A DNA stretch of 64,000 nucleotides from an uncultured Nitrospinaceae bacterium (GTDB lineage: Bacteria > UBA8248): contig CAXFSR010000017.1 of the NCBI GenBank assembly GCA_964005815.1, positions 173,401 to 237,400 on the forward strand, written 5' to 3'. Positions 19,490 to 29,367 of this stretch are shown one piece after another (position 1 is the first letter of the stretch; the number at the start of each line of letters is the position of its first letter). Position numbers and translations under genes: made by a program. The notes under the pieces are model-generated. The model saw only the letters and a list, made by a program, of their open reading frames with translations. It was not told the DNA's origin and did no database searches.

Positions 19490-21349
19490 CTAGAGTATCT
19501 CCTCTATCTTTGAGATCAATTCCGAAATTTTAAATGGTTTTCCTCTAACAAGATTTAGTCCTATAGTTTCTACGAGGAATTCATAACGAATCATTTTTGA
19601 TAACTGTCCCAAATTAATCTCAGGAACAAGAACTTTTTTGAAATTCTTTAAGATTTCTCCAAGATTTTTTGGGAAAGGATTTAAGTGTGTGAGATGAACA
19701 TGGGAAACAGAAGCTCCTCTTGCCTGTAAGATCTCAACTGCAGCTAAAATAGACCCGTATGTTCCTCCCCATCCTAGTACTAGAACATCACCACTATCCT
19801 TACCAAATACGTCTGCATCAGGAATATCATTAGCGATACCAGCAACTTTTTTTGCTCGTATTCTACACATCATGTCATGGTTATCAGGATCGTAACTAAT
19901 ATTTCCAGTGCCGTCTTGTTTTTCTATACCACCAATACGGTGTTCATAACCAGGTTTACCGGGCACAGCCCACGGTCTACTTAATAATTCTGGATCCCTG
20001 TCATATGACATAAACGATTCAGTTGGTCCTAATTCTCTAACAATATTCATTTCTGGAATTTCTTCAGATTTTGGGAGAAGCCAAGGTTCAGAACCATTGC
20101 CTAAATAACCATCACTTAAAAGAACTACCGGTGTCATATATTTTACAGCAATTCTAGATGCTTCAACTGCAGCCCAGAAACAATCCGAAGGAGTTTTTGC
20201 TGCTACTATAGGAATGGGACTCTCACTATTTCTACCAAACATACATTGCAATAGATCTGCCTGCTCAGTTTTTGTAGGCAAACCAGTACTAGGACCACCT
20301 CTTTGAATATTTACTATAACTAAAGGTAATTCTGTCATTACAGCAAGACCCATCGCTTCACCTTTCAAAGCAATTCCTGGGCCACTTGAGCAGGTCACTC
20401 CCAGAGAACCAGCAAAAGATGCACCTATCGCTGCAGAAACGGCAGCGATTTCATCTTCAGCCTGAAATGTATAGACCCCAAAATTTTTATGTCTAGAAAG
20501 CTCATGCAAAACATCACTTGCTGGAGTGATAGGATAAGCACCCCAAAATAATTTTAATCCAATTTTCTGAGTTGCAGCAATAAACCCATATGCCAAAGCA
20601 ACATTTCCTGAGATATTTCTATAAGTACCAGGAGGATAAGTTGCTTCACGTACAATGTAATTTGCTGCAAAAATTTCAGCATTTTCTCCAAAATAATAGC
20701 CTGCCTCTAGAGCCCTTGTATTTGCAGTAACAAACTCTTCGTTCTTAGAAAACTTTTCTTTAATCCATTCCTTTGTTGGTTCTAAGGGACGAGAATACAT
20801 CCAGTACATAAGACCAAGTGCAAAGAAATTCTTACATCTATCAGAAAGATTAGACTGGATTTCTACATCTTCTAAGGCTTTACGAGTCATTGATGTGATT
20901 TTAACTTCGTGAAGTTGGTATGCAGATTTTAAAGCATCATCTTCAAGTGGATTGGAATCATATTCTGCTTTCTCTAAATCTTTTTCATTAAAATTATCAA
21001 CATTAGCAATTATAACGCCGCCCTTTTTCAAATCATGTAGATTTGCTTTTAAAGCAGCTGGATTCATAGCAACAAGAACATCAACCGAATCTCCAGGGGT
21101 ATGAACTTCTTTACTACTAAAATTAACTTGGAATCCACTGACACCTGCCAAGGTACCAGCAGGAGCTCTAATTTCTGCGGGAAAATCAGGGAATGTACTT
21201 AAATCATTTCCAGCAATTGCGGCGGCGTTTGTGAATCGATCTCCAGTCAACTGCATACCGTCTCCAGAATCACCTGCAAAACGGATAGCAACAGTTTCTA
21301 GCTCAACTAACTCCTTGTTAGCACGACTCTCTGGAGATGAATCAGACAT
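19490..21349 (-). CDS. korA: 2-oxoacid:ferredoxin oxidoreductase alpha subunit (fused alpha/gamma type)
   Basis: 619 aa with pyruvate/2-oxoglutarate ferredoxin oxidoreductase domain order. 1-nt gap to korB. Confidence 0.85.
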   Translation of the reverse strand: MSDSSPESRANKELVELETVAIRFAGDSGDGMQLTGDRFTNAAAIAGNDLSTFPDFPAEIRAPAGTLAGVSGFQVNFSSKEVHTPGDSVDVLVAMNPAALKANLHDLKKGGVIIANVDNFNEKDLEKAEYDSNPLEDDALKSAYQLHEVKITSMTRKALEDVEIQSNLSDRCKNFFALGLMYWMYSRPLEPTKEWIKEKFSKNEEFVTANTRALEAGYYFGENAEIFAANYIVREATYPPGTYRNISGNVALAYGFIAATQKIGLKLFWGAYPITPASDVLHELSRHKNFGVYTFQAEDEIAAVSAAIGASFAGSLGVTCSSGPGIALKGEAMGLAVMTELPLVIVNIQRGGPSTGLPTKTEQADLLQCMFGRNSESPIPIVAAKTPSDCFWAAVEASRIAVKYMTPVVLLSDGYLGNGSEPWLLPKSEEIPEMNIVRELGPTESFMSYDRDPELLSRPWAVPGKPGYEHRIGGIEKQDGTGNISYDPDNHDMMCRIRAKKVAGIANDIPDADVFGKDSGDVLVLGWGGTYGSILAAVEILQARGASVSHVHLTHLNPFPKNLGEILKNFKKVLVPEINLGQLSKMIRYEFLVETIGLNLVRGKPFKISELISKIEEIL

Positions 21350-21375
21350 CTAAAATTGACCCTTAATAAAAAACA

Positions 21376-21475
21376 TTTAAATAATTAAAAATCAAATAAA
21401 AAGAATAGCAACTCGCAAATTATTACGAAATAGAACTTACTCGTCAAATAAATTTTTAAATTTAAATAATTAAAA
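21376..21475. repeat. two exact 15-bp direct repeats TTTAAATAATTAAAA in the korA / M24 divergent intergenic region
   Basis: Copies at 21376-21390 and 21461-21475, 85 bp apart, within a 270-nt about 15% GC spacer between divergently transcribed genes. Confidence 0.4.
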
Positions 21476-21619
21476 TACATTTCCTGTTTTTAAGAGGATA
21501 TTATTTTAAAAGAAAAATATATAATGAAAGAAATCTGTTGTGTAAAACTCAACGAATATGATATTAATCGAATCTCATTTAAATAAAAATTTACAAATCA
21601 AACTCACGGAGATTTAAGC

Positions 21620-22849
21620 ATGCTTTATAATAAAAGTAGAGCGCTATCATTAATGCAAGAAAACAATCTCGAAGCAATTATTGCAACTACACATGAAAAT
21701 GTTACATATCTAACTGGTCACGTTGGCTGGGCTCAAAGAGTTTATAGACAAAGAAAAAGTTGTGCGTTGCTTACGAACAATCCTGATGCAGGAACTGACC
21801 TAATTATGAATAGAGCAGACAACACATACTATGCAGCTTATGGTGGTTACGCAGAAAATGTTTATAGTTACGGTGGGCAAGCCTATCACATAGGTCAGGA
21901 TAATTACGAAACTGAAAATATTGAATTTGAAAAATACTTACAACTACACAATAGCGGTGGAGAAAACCCTACTCTTCTTGAAGCACTGGTAAAAGCACTA
22001 AAAAATAGAGACATAACGTCAGGGAACATCGCTTTGGATGAAGAAGGATGCTCTGAAAGTTTATTTTCCGCATTAGAGAATGAATTTCCAAATTGCAATT
22101 TTTTTCCTGCATCAGGATTATTTCTAATGATTCGACTAGTAAAAACAAATGAAGAACTTGAAATTTTAAGAGATGCTGCTTCTATTAATGAAAATGCCAT
22201 ACAGCAGGTTTTTAATTTTGTAAAAGAAGGAGTCTCGGAAAATGAAGTAGCAGAAATTTGGAGACAAGCAGTCGCAAAACCTGGTGGAATGTGGCATTGG
22301 TTCCATTTTAACAGTGGCCATAGGAGTGTTTTTATCTTTCCACCAACTGAAAAGAAATTACAAAAAGGCGATTTGTTTATGTTTGATGCAGGATTATTTT
22401 ACAAAAACTATAATGCAGATACGGGCAGTTGTGGTTGTATTGGAGAACCAACAGATCGAATCAAAAAAGAATGGTCTGCTATTCAAGATGGGTTCCTTCA
22501 ATCATTGGAAGTCGTAAAAGCAGGATGCACTGGAGGACAAATATATAAAGCATTAATTTCGGGTATTAAATCAAAATTTCCTGAATTTGATGCTCCATTT
22601 GCAGGACATACGATTGGATTAGAAGCACGAGAGTTTCCCTTTATTTTAGGTGAGGAAACAAAACATAATCAAAAATTTCTTCCAAGTACTTCAGAAATTC
22701 CTTTGCCTGTAAATTCCGTAATTAACATTGAGGCTCCGATAGGAACTTTTGGATTTGGAGGATACCAAATAGAGTATTCAGTTATAGTTAAAGAAAATGG
22801 TTGGGAACCTCTCATAGAACAAAAAAGAGAACTTAAAATAATAGAATAA
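21620..22849 (+). CDS. M24-family metallopeptidase/hydrolase (Xaa-Pro aminopeptidase/creatinase-like)
   Basis: 409 aa. N-terminal creatinase/prolidase-type domain plus pita-bread domain with D..D (FMFDAG...NADTG), H (AGHTIG), E (NIEAP) metal-ligand-like positions. Confidence 0.7.
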   Translation: MLYNKSRALSLMQENNLEAIIATTHENVTYLTGHVGWAQRVYRQRKSCALLTNNPDAGTDLIMNRADNTYYAAYGGYAENVYSYGGQAYHIGQDNYETENIEFEKYLQLHNSGGENPTLLEALVKALKNRDITSGNIALDEEGCSESLFSALENEFPNCNFFPASGLFLMIRLVKTNEELEILRDAASINENAIQQVFNFVKEGVSENEVAEIWRQAVAKPGGMWHWFHFNSGHRSVFIFPPTEKKLQKGDLFMFDAGLFYKNYNADTGSCGCIGEPTDRIKKEWSAIQDGFLQSLEVVKAGCTGGQIYKALISGIKSKFPEFDAPFAGHTIGLEAREFPFILGEETKHNQKFLPSTSEIPLPVNSVINIEAPIGTFGFGGYQIEYSVIVKENGWEPLIEQKRELKIIE

Positions 22850-22987
22850 AAAAACACTCTTTTTTAAACAGAAAACTATTTACACTTTATACAGTTTTTT
22901 TGAGTTCTTCTTTATGTTATAAATATTTCCGTTGTAGAGGAAAAAAGTTTTATTTAAAGTAGCGAAAAATAATTCTAAGAGGTCCAG

Positions 22988-24508
22988 ATGTCTAAATATG
23001 CAATGGCAATTGATTTAAGAGCATGTATTGGCTGTCATGCCTGTACTATAGCCTGTAAATCAGAACACGACATTCCAATAGGTACTTGGCGTTGTTGGGT
23101 GAAAGAGGTAGAGAAAGGCACATTCCCAAATACGAGACGAGAGTTTCTTCCTGTTCTCTGCAATCAATGCGATGACGCCCCTTGTCAAAATATTTGTCCA
23201 ACAAAAGCACTCTTCAGAAGGAATGATGGAATTGTAGATTTGGATCCAGAATGGTGCATAGGATGTAAATCATGTATAGCAGCATGTCCTTATGATCAAA
23301 TATTCATAGACCCAAATACAAGTACTGCCGAAAAATGTAATTTTTGTTCCAACCGACTGGAAGCAGATTTGGAACCTGCGTGTGTTGTTGTTTGTCCAAC
23401 AGAGTGTAGAGTCTTTGGTGATTTAGAAGACCCAGATGCTAAAATCAATAAATTATTAACACATGAACCACATAATGTAAGAAAACCTGAATACAACACT
23501 TCTCCAAATATTTATTATGTAAATGGAAGTCAACAACTTCTAGATCCAACAAAACCAATGCAATCTGGAATTTACAAACAAGGAGAAATGAGCGAAGAAT
23601 TGAAACAATCTGTTCCCGAATTTAAGAATGATCCTCAAGAAAGTCGAACAGTTTATGACACTTTCCATAATATTCCTTGGGACAAGAATATTATTACATA
23701 TTTAATGACTAAGGGTGCTAGTACAGGCTTACTAATTTTAAGTCTCTTTCTTTGGTGGGTTGGTTTCAAGAGTAGTTTATTCTCTTTCTGGATGCCTATA
23801 CTTAGTGGAGTTCTCCTAACTATCACAGGTTATGTACTTATTACGGATTTAAAAAAACCAGAACGTTTTTATTATATTTTACTTCGTTCAAATTGGAATA
23901 GTTGGATGGCATGGGGAACTTGGTTCATTACGTTAAAAGGAATATTTATTTTACTATGGTTACTAGGAGCAATGGCTGGAAATGATGGATTTTTGGACTT
24001 CATTCTTTGGCCTACTATCTTACTTTCTTTTCTTTCTTCTATTTATACTGGATTCTTCTTCGCCCAAGCTAGCGCTAGAGACCTCTGGAAAGGAAGTGAA
24101 AATACGATAGATATCGGAGTTTTATCGATTCTTAAAGGAGCATCAATTTTAGCTTTTTTCGTAATAATTTTTCCAGTCGCGGACAAAACTAACATACTGA
24201 ACACACTTGGAAACGTAATAACAGTATGTACCCTTCTTCATTTTTCAATTTTAATGTTCTCAATACTTTTACATAGATTCGGCTCTGTTGCACATGAGAG
24301 ATCCATCGAGTTAATACTTAAAGGACCTTTCAAAAAGGAATTTTGGAATGGGGCAATTATTGCCGGGTGTGCGGTTCCTATGTTTATTTTCTGGTGGATT
24401 GGATATAACTATTTTACTTTCTTAGTTGCTAGTACGCTTATAGTACTAGGTTCCTACTACTGGGATAAAATATGGGTACAAGCTGGGCAGAAAGTACCAT
24501 TGTCTTAA
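22988..24508 (+). CDS. fused four-cluster [4Fe-4S] ferredoxin (PsrB/NrfC-like) + 8-TM NrfD/PsrC-like quinone-interacting membrane subunit
   Basis: N-terminal 4 Cys motifs (CIGCHACTIAC, CNQCDDAPCQNICP, CIGCKSCIAACP, CNFCS...CVVVCP), then about 8 predicted TM helices in residues about 235-500. No signal or Tat motif. Confidence 0.8.
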   Translation: MSKYAMAIDLRACIGCHACTIACKSEHDIPIGTWRCWVKEVEKGTFPNTRREFLPVLCNQCDDAPCQNICPTKALFRRNDGIVDLDPEWCIGCKSCIAACPYDQIFIDPNTSTAEKCNFCSNRLEADLEPACVVVCPTECRVFGDLEDPDAKINKLLTHEPHNVRKPEYNTSPNIYYVNGSQQLLDPTKPMQSGIYKQGEMSEELKQSVPEFKNDPQESRTVYDTFHNIPWDKNIITYLMTKGASTGLLILSLFLWWVGFKSSLFSFWMPILSGVLLTITGYVLITDLKKPERFYYILLRSNWNSWMAWGTWFITLKGIFILLWLLGAMAGNDGFLDFILWPTILLSFLSSIYTGFFFAQASARDLWKGSENTIDIGVLSILKGASILAFFVIIFPVADKTNILNTLGNVITVCTLLHFSILMFSILLHRFGSVAHERSIELILKGPFKKEFWNGAIIAGCAVPMFIFWWIGYNYFTFLVASTLIVLGSYYWDKIWVQAGQKVPLS

Positions 24509-24524
24509 TTTTCAAGGAGAAGAA

Positions 24525-27398
24525 ATGGTTTCAAAACATTTACAATCTGGAGTTGGGGCACATAATATTTCTTCGTTGGGATATCCTGAACTTTTAGAAA
24601 CTTCGAAAACAACCTCAGATTCAGATAAAACACATACTGTAAAAAAGAATGGGAAATTAAGATCCTACCCACCACCTGAAGAATGGGACAACTGGACTGA
24701 GTTTGAAAGTGGAACTTGGCCCGAAAAAACACAAAGAAATTATTCTCTTATTCCTACTCTTTGCTTCAACTGTGAAGCAGGTTGTGGTCTTCTGGCTTAT
24801 GTTGATAAAGACGATATGAAAATCAGGAAAATAGAGGGAAACCCTCTTCATCCTGGTTCTAGAGGAAGAAACTGTGCAAAAGGATGGGTAACACTGAATC
24901 AAGTAAATGACCCAGATAGAATCCTTTATCCACTCAAGAGAGTCGGCAAAAGAGGAGAAGGAGAATGGGAAAGAGTAAGTTGGGACGAAGTACTAGATGA
25001 TCTTTCAGCAAGAATCAGAAAATCTATTGAAGAAGAAAGACGTAACGAAATTATATATCATGTGGGAAGACCTGGTGAAGATGGTTTTATGTTTAGAACT
25101 CTCGCAAGTTGGGGTGTCGATGGGCATAATAGTCATACAAATGTTTGTAGTTCCTCTGCAAGAATTGGCCAGTACCTTTGGAATGGTTCAGATCGTCCAT
25201 CACCAGATTTTTCCAACGCAGAAGCAATTCTTTTAATAAGCAGTCATTTAGATACAGGCCACTACTTTAACCCTTCAGCTCAGCGCATTATTGAAGCTCA
25301 ATTAAACGGTGCTAAAATCATTGTAATAGACCCGAGACTTTCAAATACTGCGGCTAAAGCAGACTACTGGCTTCCTGCGTATAGCGGAACAGAACCTGCA
25401 ATCTTACTTGCTATTGTTCGCTACTTGTTAGAAACCGGACAATTTGACGAAAAATTTGTTGAAGAATGGTTTAACTGGGCCGAATATTTGAGTTCTGTTC
25501 ATCCTCAAGATGAAATTACTTTTGACAATTTCATTGTTAGGCTAAAAGAAGAATATGCTGAATTCACTTTTGAATATGCATCTGAGGAAACAGGTGTTTC
25601 AATAGAACAAATAGCAGAAGTTGCTCAGGTGATTGCTAGAGCAGGTAGTCGACTATGTGTTCACGTATGGAGAGCAGCAGCTACAGGCAATTTGAATGGA
25701 TGGCAAGTTGCAAGATGCCTACATTTTATTCCATCTTTGACTGGCGCAATAGGTACTGTCGGAGGAACACATTTAGCAAGTTGGCATAAATTCGTTCCTT
25801 CTCATCCAAATCCTGCACCCGGCCCCAAAGACTGGAACGAATTACTTTACCCTACAGAATATCCACTAGCTCATTTTGAAATGAGTTTCTTAATGCCACA
25901 CCTGATGAAAGACAAAGGACATAAAATAGACACATATTTTACCCGTGTTTATAACCCTGTATGGACGAATCCAGACGGTTTTATGTGGGTAGATATGCTA
26001 AGAGATGAAAATAAAATCGGTTGTCACGTCGCACTTACTCCCACTTGGAGTGAGACTGCGTGGTTTGCTGATTACATCTTACCGATGGGAGTTGCTACAG
26101 AAAGACATGACAATCAGAGTCAAGAAACTCATCCAGCGAAATGGTTTGGATTCAGGCAACCTGTTCTCCGTGTCGCTAGAGAAAAACTAGGTGAAACTGT
26201 TGAAACGACTAGAGAAACAAACCCGGGTGAAGTGTGGGAAGAAAATGAATTTTTAATAGAACTTTCTTGGAGAATTGACCCTGATGGTTCATTAGGAATC
26301 AGAAAATATTTCGAAAGTCCATATAGAAATGGAGAGAAAATTACAGTTAACGAGTATTATCAATGGATGTTCGAAAATGGAGTACCTGGACTTCCAGAAG
26401 CGTCCGAAAAAGAGGGCCTTTCTCCATTAGAATATATGAGAAAATATGGAACTTTCACCGTGGAAGATAATGTCTATGAAGTACACATGAAAGAACTTCC
26501 CGAGGATGACCTTAACAGTGCAGATATTACTGAACTAGATGGAACTATTAATGATAATGGAAAAACTATTGGGAATATGAGTAAAGGAAAAGCTCGAATT
26601 GGCTTCAATACTCCATCAAAAAAATTAGAATTTTACAGCGCGACTATGACTGATTGGAACTGGCCAGAACATGCAATTCCTTCCTACAAAAAAACACATG
26701 TTTACTGGAGAGACATGGATAAGAGTGAAAATGAATTTGATTTACTACCTAATTATAGACTACCAACTTTGATACATACTAGATCTGCAGTGAAATGGTT
26801 ATACGAAATTACTCACAATAATCCTCTCTGGATACATACCGAAGATGCAAATCGTATGGGCATCAAAACAGACGACTTAGTCAAGGTAGAAACTGAAATA
26901 GGTTATTTCGTAACACGTTGCTGGGTAACAGAAGGTTTGAAGCCAGGAATAGTTGCAATGGCTCACCACCTAGGACGTTGGAGATTAAATGAAAATATCG
27001 GGGCACCTAAAATTGCTTCTGCTTTAGTTGAAATAGAAGAACAGGACAGTGAATTTACTATGAATCAAATTCACGGGGTTCAACCATTTAAAAGTGATGA
27101 CCCAGATACCGAAAGAATATGGTGGAAAGAAATAGGAGTAAATCAAAACTTAACTTTTCCTGTAAATCCTGATCCTATTAGTGGTATGCACTGTTGGCAT
27201 CAAAAAGTAAAATTAACCAAAGCGACTTCTTCAGAAAGTTATGGAGATATTAAAGTAGATACAGAAAAAAGTTTTGCACACTACAAAAAATGGCTAGAAA
27301 TGGCTAGACCTGCTCCAGGACCAGATGGTCTAAGAAGACCTCTCTGGTTTTTAAGACCAAATAAACCACAAGCAGATGCTTATTTGCTAGAGGAGTAA
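24525..27398 (+). CDS. molybdopterin oxidoreductase catalytic subunit, Psr/Phs/Ttr/Soe-like, no Tat signal
   Basis: 957 aa. CFNCEAGCG (Cx2Cx3C) FS0 motif, ILYPLKRVGKRGEGEWERVSWDEV block, MGD-binding regions. N-terminus MVSKHLQSGVGAHN lacks a twin-arginine. AAGGAGA RBS 8 nt upstream. Confidence 0.85.
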   Translation: MVSKHLQSGVGAHNISSLGYPELLETSKTTSDSDKTHTVKKNGKLRSYPPPEEWDNWTEFESGTWPEKTQRNYSLIPTLCFNCEAGCGLLAYVDKDDMKIRKIEGNPLHPGSRGRNCAKGWVTLNQVNDPDRILYPLKRVGKRGEGEWERVSWDEVLDDLSARIRKSIEEERRNEIIYHVGRPGEDGFMFRTLASWGVDGHNSHTNVCSSSARIGQYLWNGSDRPSPDFSNAEAILLISSHLDTGHYFNPSAQRIIEAQLNGAKIIVIDPRLSNTAAKADYWLPAYSGTEPAILLAIVRYLLETGQFDEKFVEEWFNWAEYLSSVHPQDEITFDNFIVRLKEEYAEFTFEYASEETGVSIEQIAEVAQVIARAGSRLCVHVWRAAATGNLNGWQVARCLHFIPSLTGAIGTVGGTHLASWHKFVPSHPNPAPGPKDWNELLYPTEYPLAHFEMSFLMPHLMKDKGHKIDTYFTRVYNPVWTNPDGFMWVDMLRDENKIGCHVALTPTWSETAWFADYILPMGVATERHDNQSQETHPAKWFGFRQPVLRVAREKLGETVETTRETNPGEVWEENEFLIELSWRIDPDGSLGIRKYFESPYRNGEKITVNEYYQWMFENGVPGLPEASEKEGLSPLEYMRKYGTFTVEDNVYEVHMKELPEDDLNSADITELDGTINDNGKTIGNMSKGKARIGFNTPSKKLEFYSATMTDWNWPEHAIPSYKKTHVYWRDMDKSENEFDLLPNYRLPTLIHTRSAVKWLYEITHNNPLWIHTEDANRMGIKTDDLVKVETEIGYFVTRCWVTEGLKPGIVAMAHHLGRWRLNENIGAPKIASALVEIEEQDSEFTMNQIHGVQPFKSDDPDTERIWWKEIGVNQNLTFPVNPDPISGMHCWHQKVKLTKATSSESYGDIKVDTEKSFAHYKKWLEMARPAPGPDGLRRPLWFLRPNKPQADAYLLEE

Positions 27399-27477
27399 GA
27401 AAATTTGGCCTAGACGTTCTAAAAACCTAGAGGAACTAAATCAGCAGTCTAAATTAAGAGAAGAATTATATAGAGTC

Positions 27478-28044
27478 ATGTCTATAACTTTTCTAGATCC
27501 TCCGGAAAAAAAGTTATTACACTTCTTGAATGAAAATTATCCATTCCTTTTTGAAGAAAATGGAAATCCTTTAGGTGACTTAGTTAAAGATCTAAGAGTA
27601 GATTTCACGAATCTATTTGTCTTGTCCTCTCCACCATATGAATCTGTTTTATTGGATGAAAGTGGTTTTTTGAATTCAAAAGTGACTGACAACGTGAATG
27701 ATTTTTTTAGACATTCTGGATTTAACCCTAGTTCAAAAAATATAGGACAGAAATTTCATAGTATACTATCAATGGACCATATTAGCGTAGAATTAGAATT
27801 TATGTCTCACCTCGCAAAAAATCAACATAAAGACCTCATCAATAAAAATGAACAAGAATATTACAAATCATTAGATTTATCGTCAAAATTTCTAGATAAT
27901 CACTTATTAAGATGGGTCCCTATTTATTTAACAGCTATAGAAAGGGATTCTAAAACTTTTTTTTACAAAGAATTGTGCAAGTGGGCTCAAAACTACATTT
28001 TAGATGACAGAAAATATATCGAAGAAATAACTAAAAGAAATTAA
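27478..28044 (+). CDS. TorD/DmsD-family molybdoenzyme maturation chaperone
   Basis: 188 aa. DHISVELEFMSHLA matches the TorD-family DHxxxELEF core signature. Positioned immediately after the catalytic subunit. Confidence 0.7.
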   Translation: MSITFLDPPEKKLLHFLNENYPFLFEENGNPLGDLVKDLRVDFTNLFVLSSPPYESVLLDESGFLNSKVTDNVNDFFRHSGFNPSSKNIGQKFHSILSMDHISVELEFMSHLAKNQHKDLINKNEQEYYKSLDLSSKFLDNHLLRWVPIYLTAIERDSKTFFYKELCKWAQNYILDDRKYIEEITKRN

Positions 28045-28069
28045 GATCTATACCCCTATATATAATTTT

Positions 28070-28522
28070 TTATTGTTCCTGAGACCACTTCTGTGACTTA
28101 GTAAGATAACTTCTCAACTCATGCAGATCTTTAGTCCATTTTTCCCAACTTCCTTTTGAAACCTTACAATTTTTAGAGAAAAAACCGTATTTTTCTAACC
28201 AGAATTTTGCGTCTGAATCTAGAATTTTCAATAATTCGAAAATTTTATTTTCTGAACCAGCCTCTCTAAAAAGATTTTCAAGCATTCTTTTTCGTGTCTG
28301 AATTCCCGTTCTTAAGCCCATCTCTAAACCAATCTCTCTAATCCTATTTCTTGTCAAGAAAAAACCACATCTAGTTGGCGCTATCAACAATTCAACAAGG
28401 TCATGCAGATTTCCTTTAGTAAAAGTTTCTGAGATATCTGACAAAAAACTCCCTTTCAGAAGATGAAAAGATTTTTCCAAATAGACAAACAAATAAGAAA
28501 ATACCATAGAAACTAAAAGCAA
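28070..28522 (-). CDS. hypothetical protein (150 aa)
   Basis: ORF divergent from the trmJ-like gene. N-terminal hydrophobic stretch. No motif recognised. Confidence 0.4.
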   Translation of the reverse strand: MLLVSMVFSYLFVYLEKSFHLLKGSFLSDISETFTKGNLHDLVELLIAPTRCGFFLTRNRIREIGLEMGLRTGIQTRKRMLENLFREAGSENKIFELLKILDSDAKFWLEKYGFFSKNCKVSKGSWEKWTKDLHELRSYLTKSQKWSQEQ

Positions 28523-28589
28523 AAAAATCTATTTTCATAAAAAAGAATTTATGGTTGGTTATTCGCATAACACATGTTATTTTTTGTCA

Positions 28590-29348
28590 ATGATAAAAAA
28601 AGAACAAAACCTTGTAATAGTACTTGTAAGACCTAAGGGAGCATCTAACGTTGGGTCAATTGCTCGAGCAATGACACACTTTGGTTTAACAGAGTTACGA
28701 GTAGTCTCTCCAATATGCGATGTTAAAGATATAAAAGCCCATTCTATGGCAATGGCAGGACAAGAGATTCTAAAAAGATCATCTCACTACGCTACCCTCA
28801 AAGATGCAATAATGGATTGTAATCTTACGATAGCAACTTCAAGAAGAATTGGAAGAAAAAGATTGCCTTCCCTCTCACTAAGGGATGATGCACAAAAAAT
28901 ATATAGATCTATTCTACTTAAAAAAGTGGCAATTGTTTTTGGGCAAGAAGACAAAGGTCTTTTTAAAGAAGAAATGGAGTTATGCCAAGAACATTTAGTA
29001 ATACCTGCAAGACCTCAGTCAGAATCTTACAACTTATCACAAGCGGTACTCTTAATACTCTGGGAAATTTTTATGTCTAATCCGAAGGATTTTGAAAAAC
29101 CAGAAAATATAGATAATCAGAGAGAGGTTGAAACCGTTGCTTCAAGAAAAGAGATTGAGGATTTACTAGAACAAATACTTGAAGTATCTATAAAAATTGG
29201 GTTTGTCCCCTATTACGAACCAAAACGAGTAACTAATACATTCAGAAAAATGATTAACCGTGTTGAACCTACAAGTAGAGAAGTGAGAACTATGAGAGGT
29301 ATGATAAAGCAGGTAAATTCTAAATTTTTAGATAAAGAAACTGAATAA
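28590..29348 (+). CDS. SpoU/TrmH-class tRNA/rRNA 2'-O-methyltransferase (TrmJ-like)
   Basis: NLVIVLVRPKGASNVGSIARAMTHFG (SPOUT motif 1), FGQEDKGL (motif 2) and a C-terminal extension as in TrmJ. Start chosen at the Met of MIKKEQ. An in-frame alternative start exists at 28551. Confidence 0.75.
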   Translation: MIKKEQNLVIVLVRPKGASNVGSIARAMTHFGLTELRVVSPICDVKDIKAHSMAMAGQEILKRSSHYATLKDAIMDCNLTIATSRRIGRKRLPSLSLRDDAQKIYRSILLKKVAIVFGQEDKGLFKEEMELCQEHLVIPARPQSESYNLSQAVLLILWEIFMSNPKDFEKPENIDNQREVETVASRKEIEDLLEQILEVSIKIGFVPYYEPKRVTNTFRKMINRVEPTSREVRTMRGMIKQVNSKFLDKETE

Positions 29349-29367
29349 TGCAAAGAAAAAATCGAAA

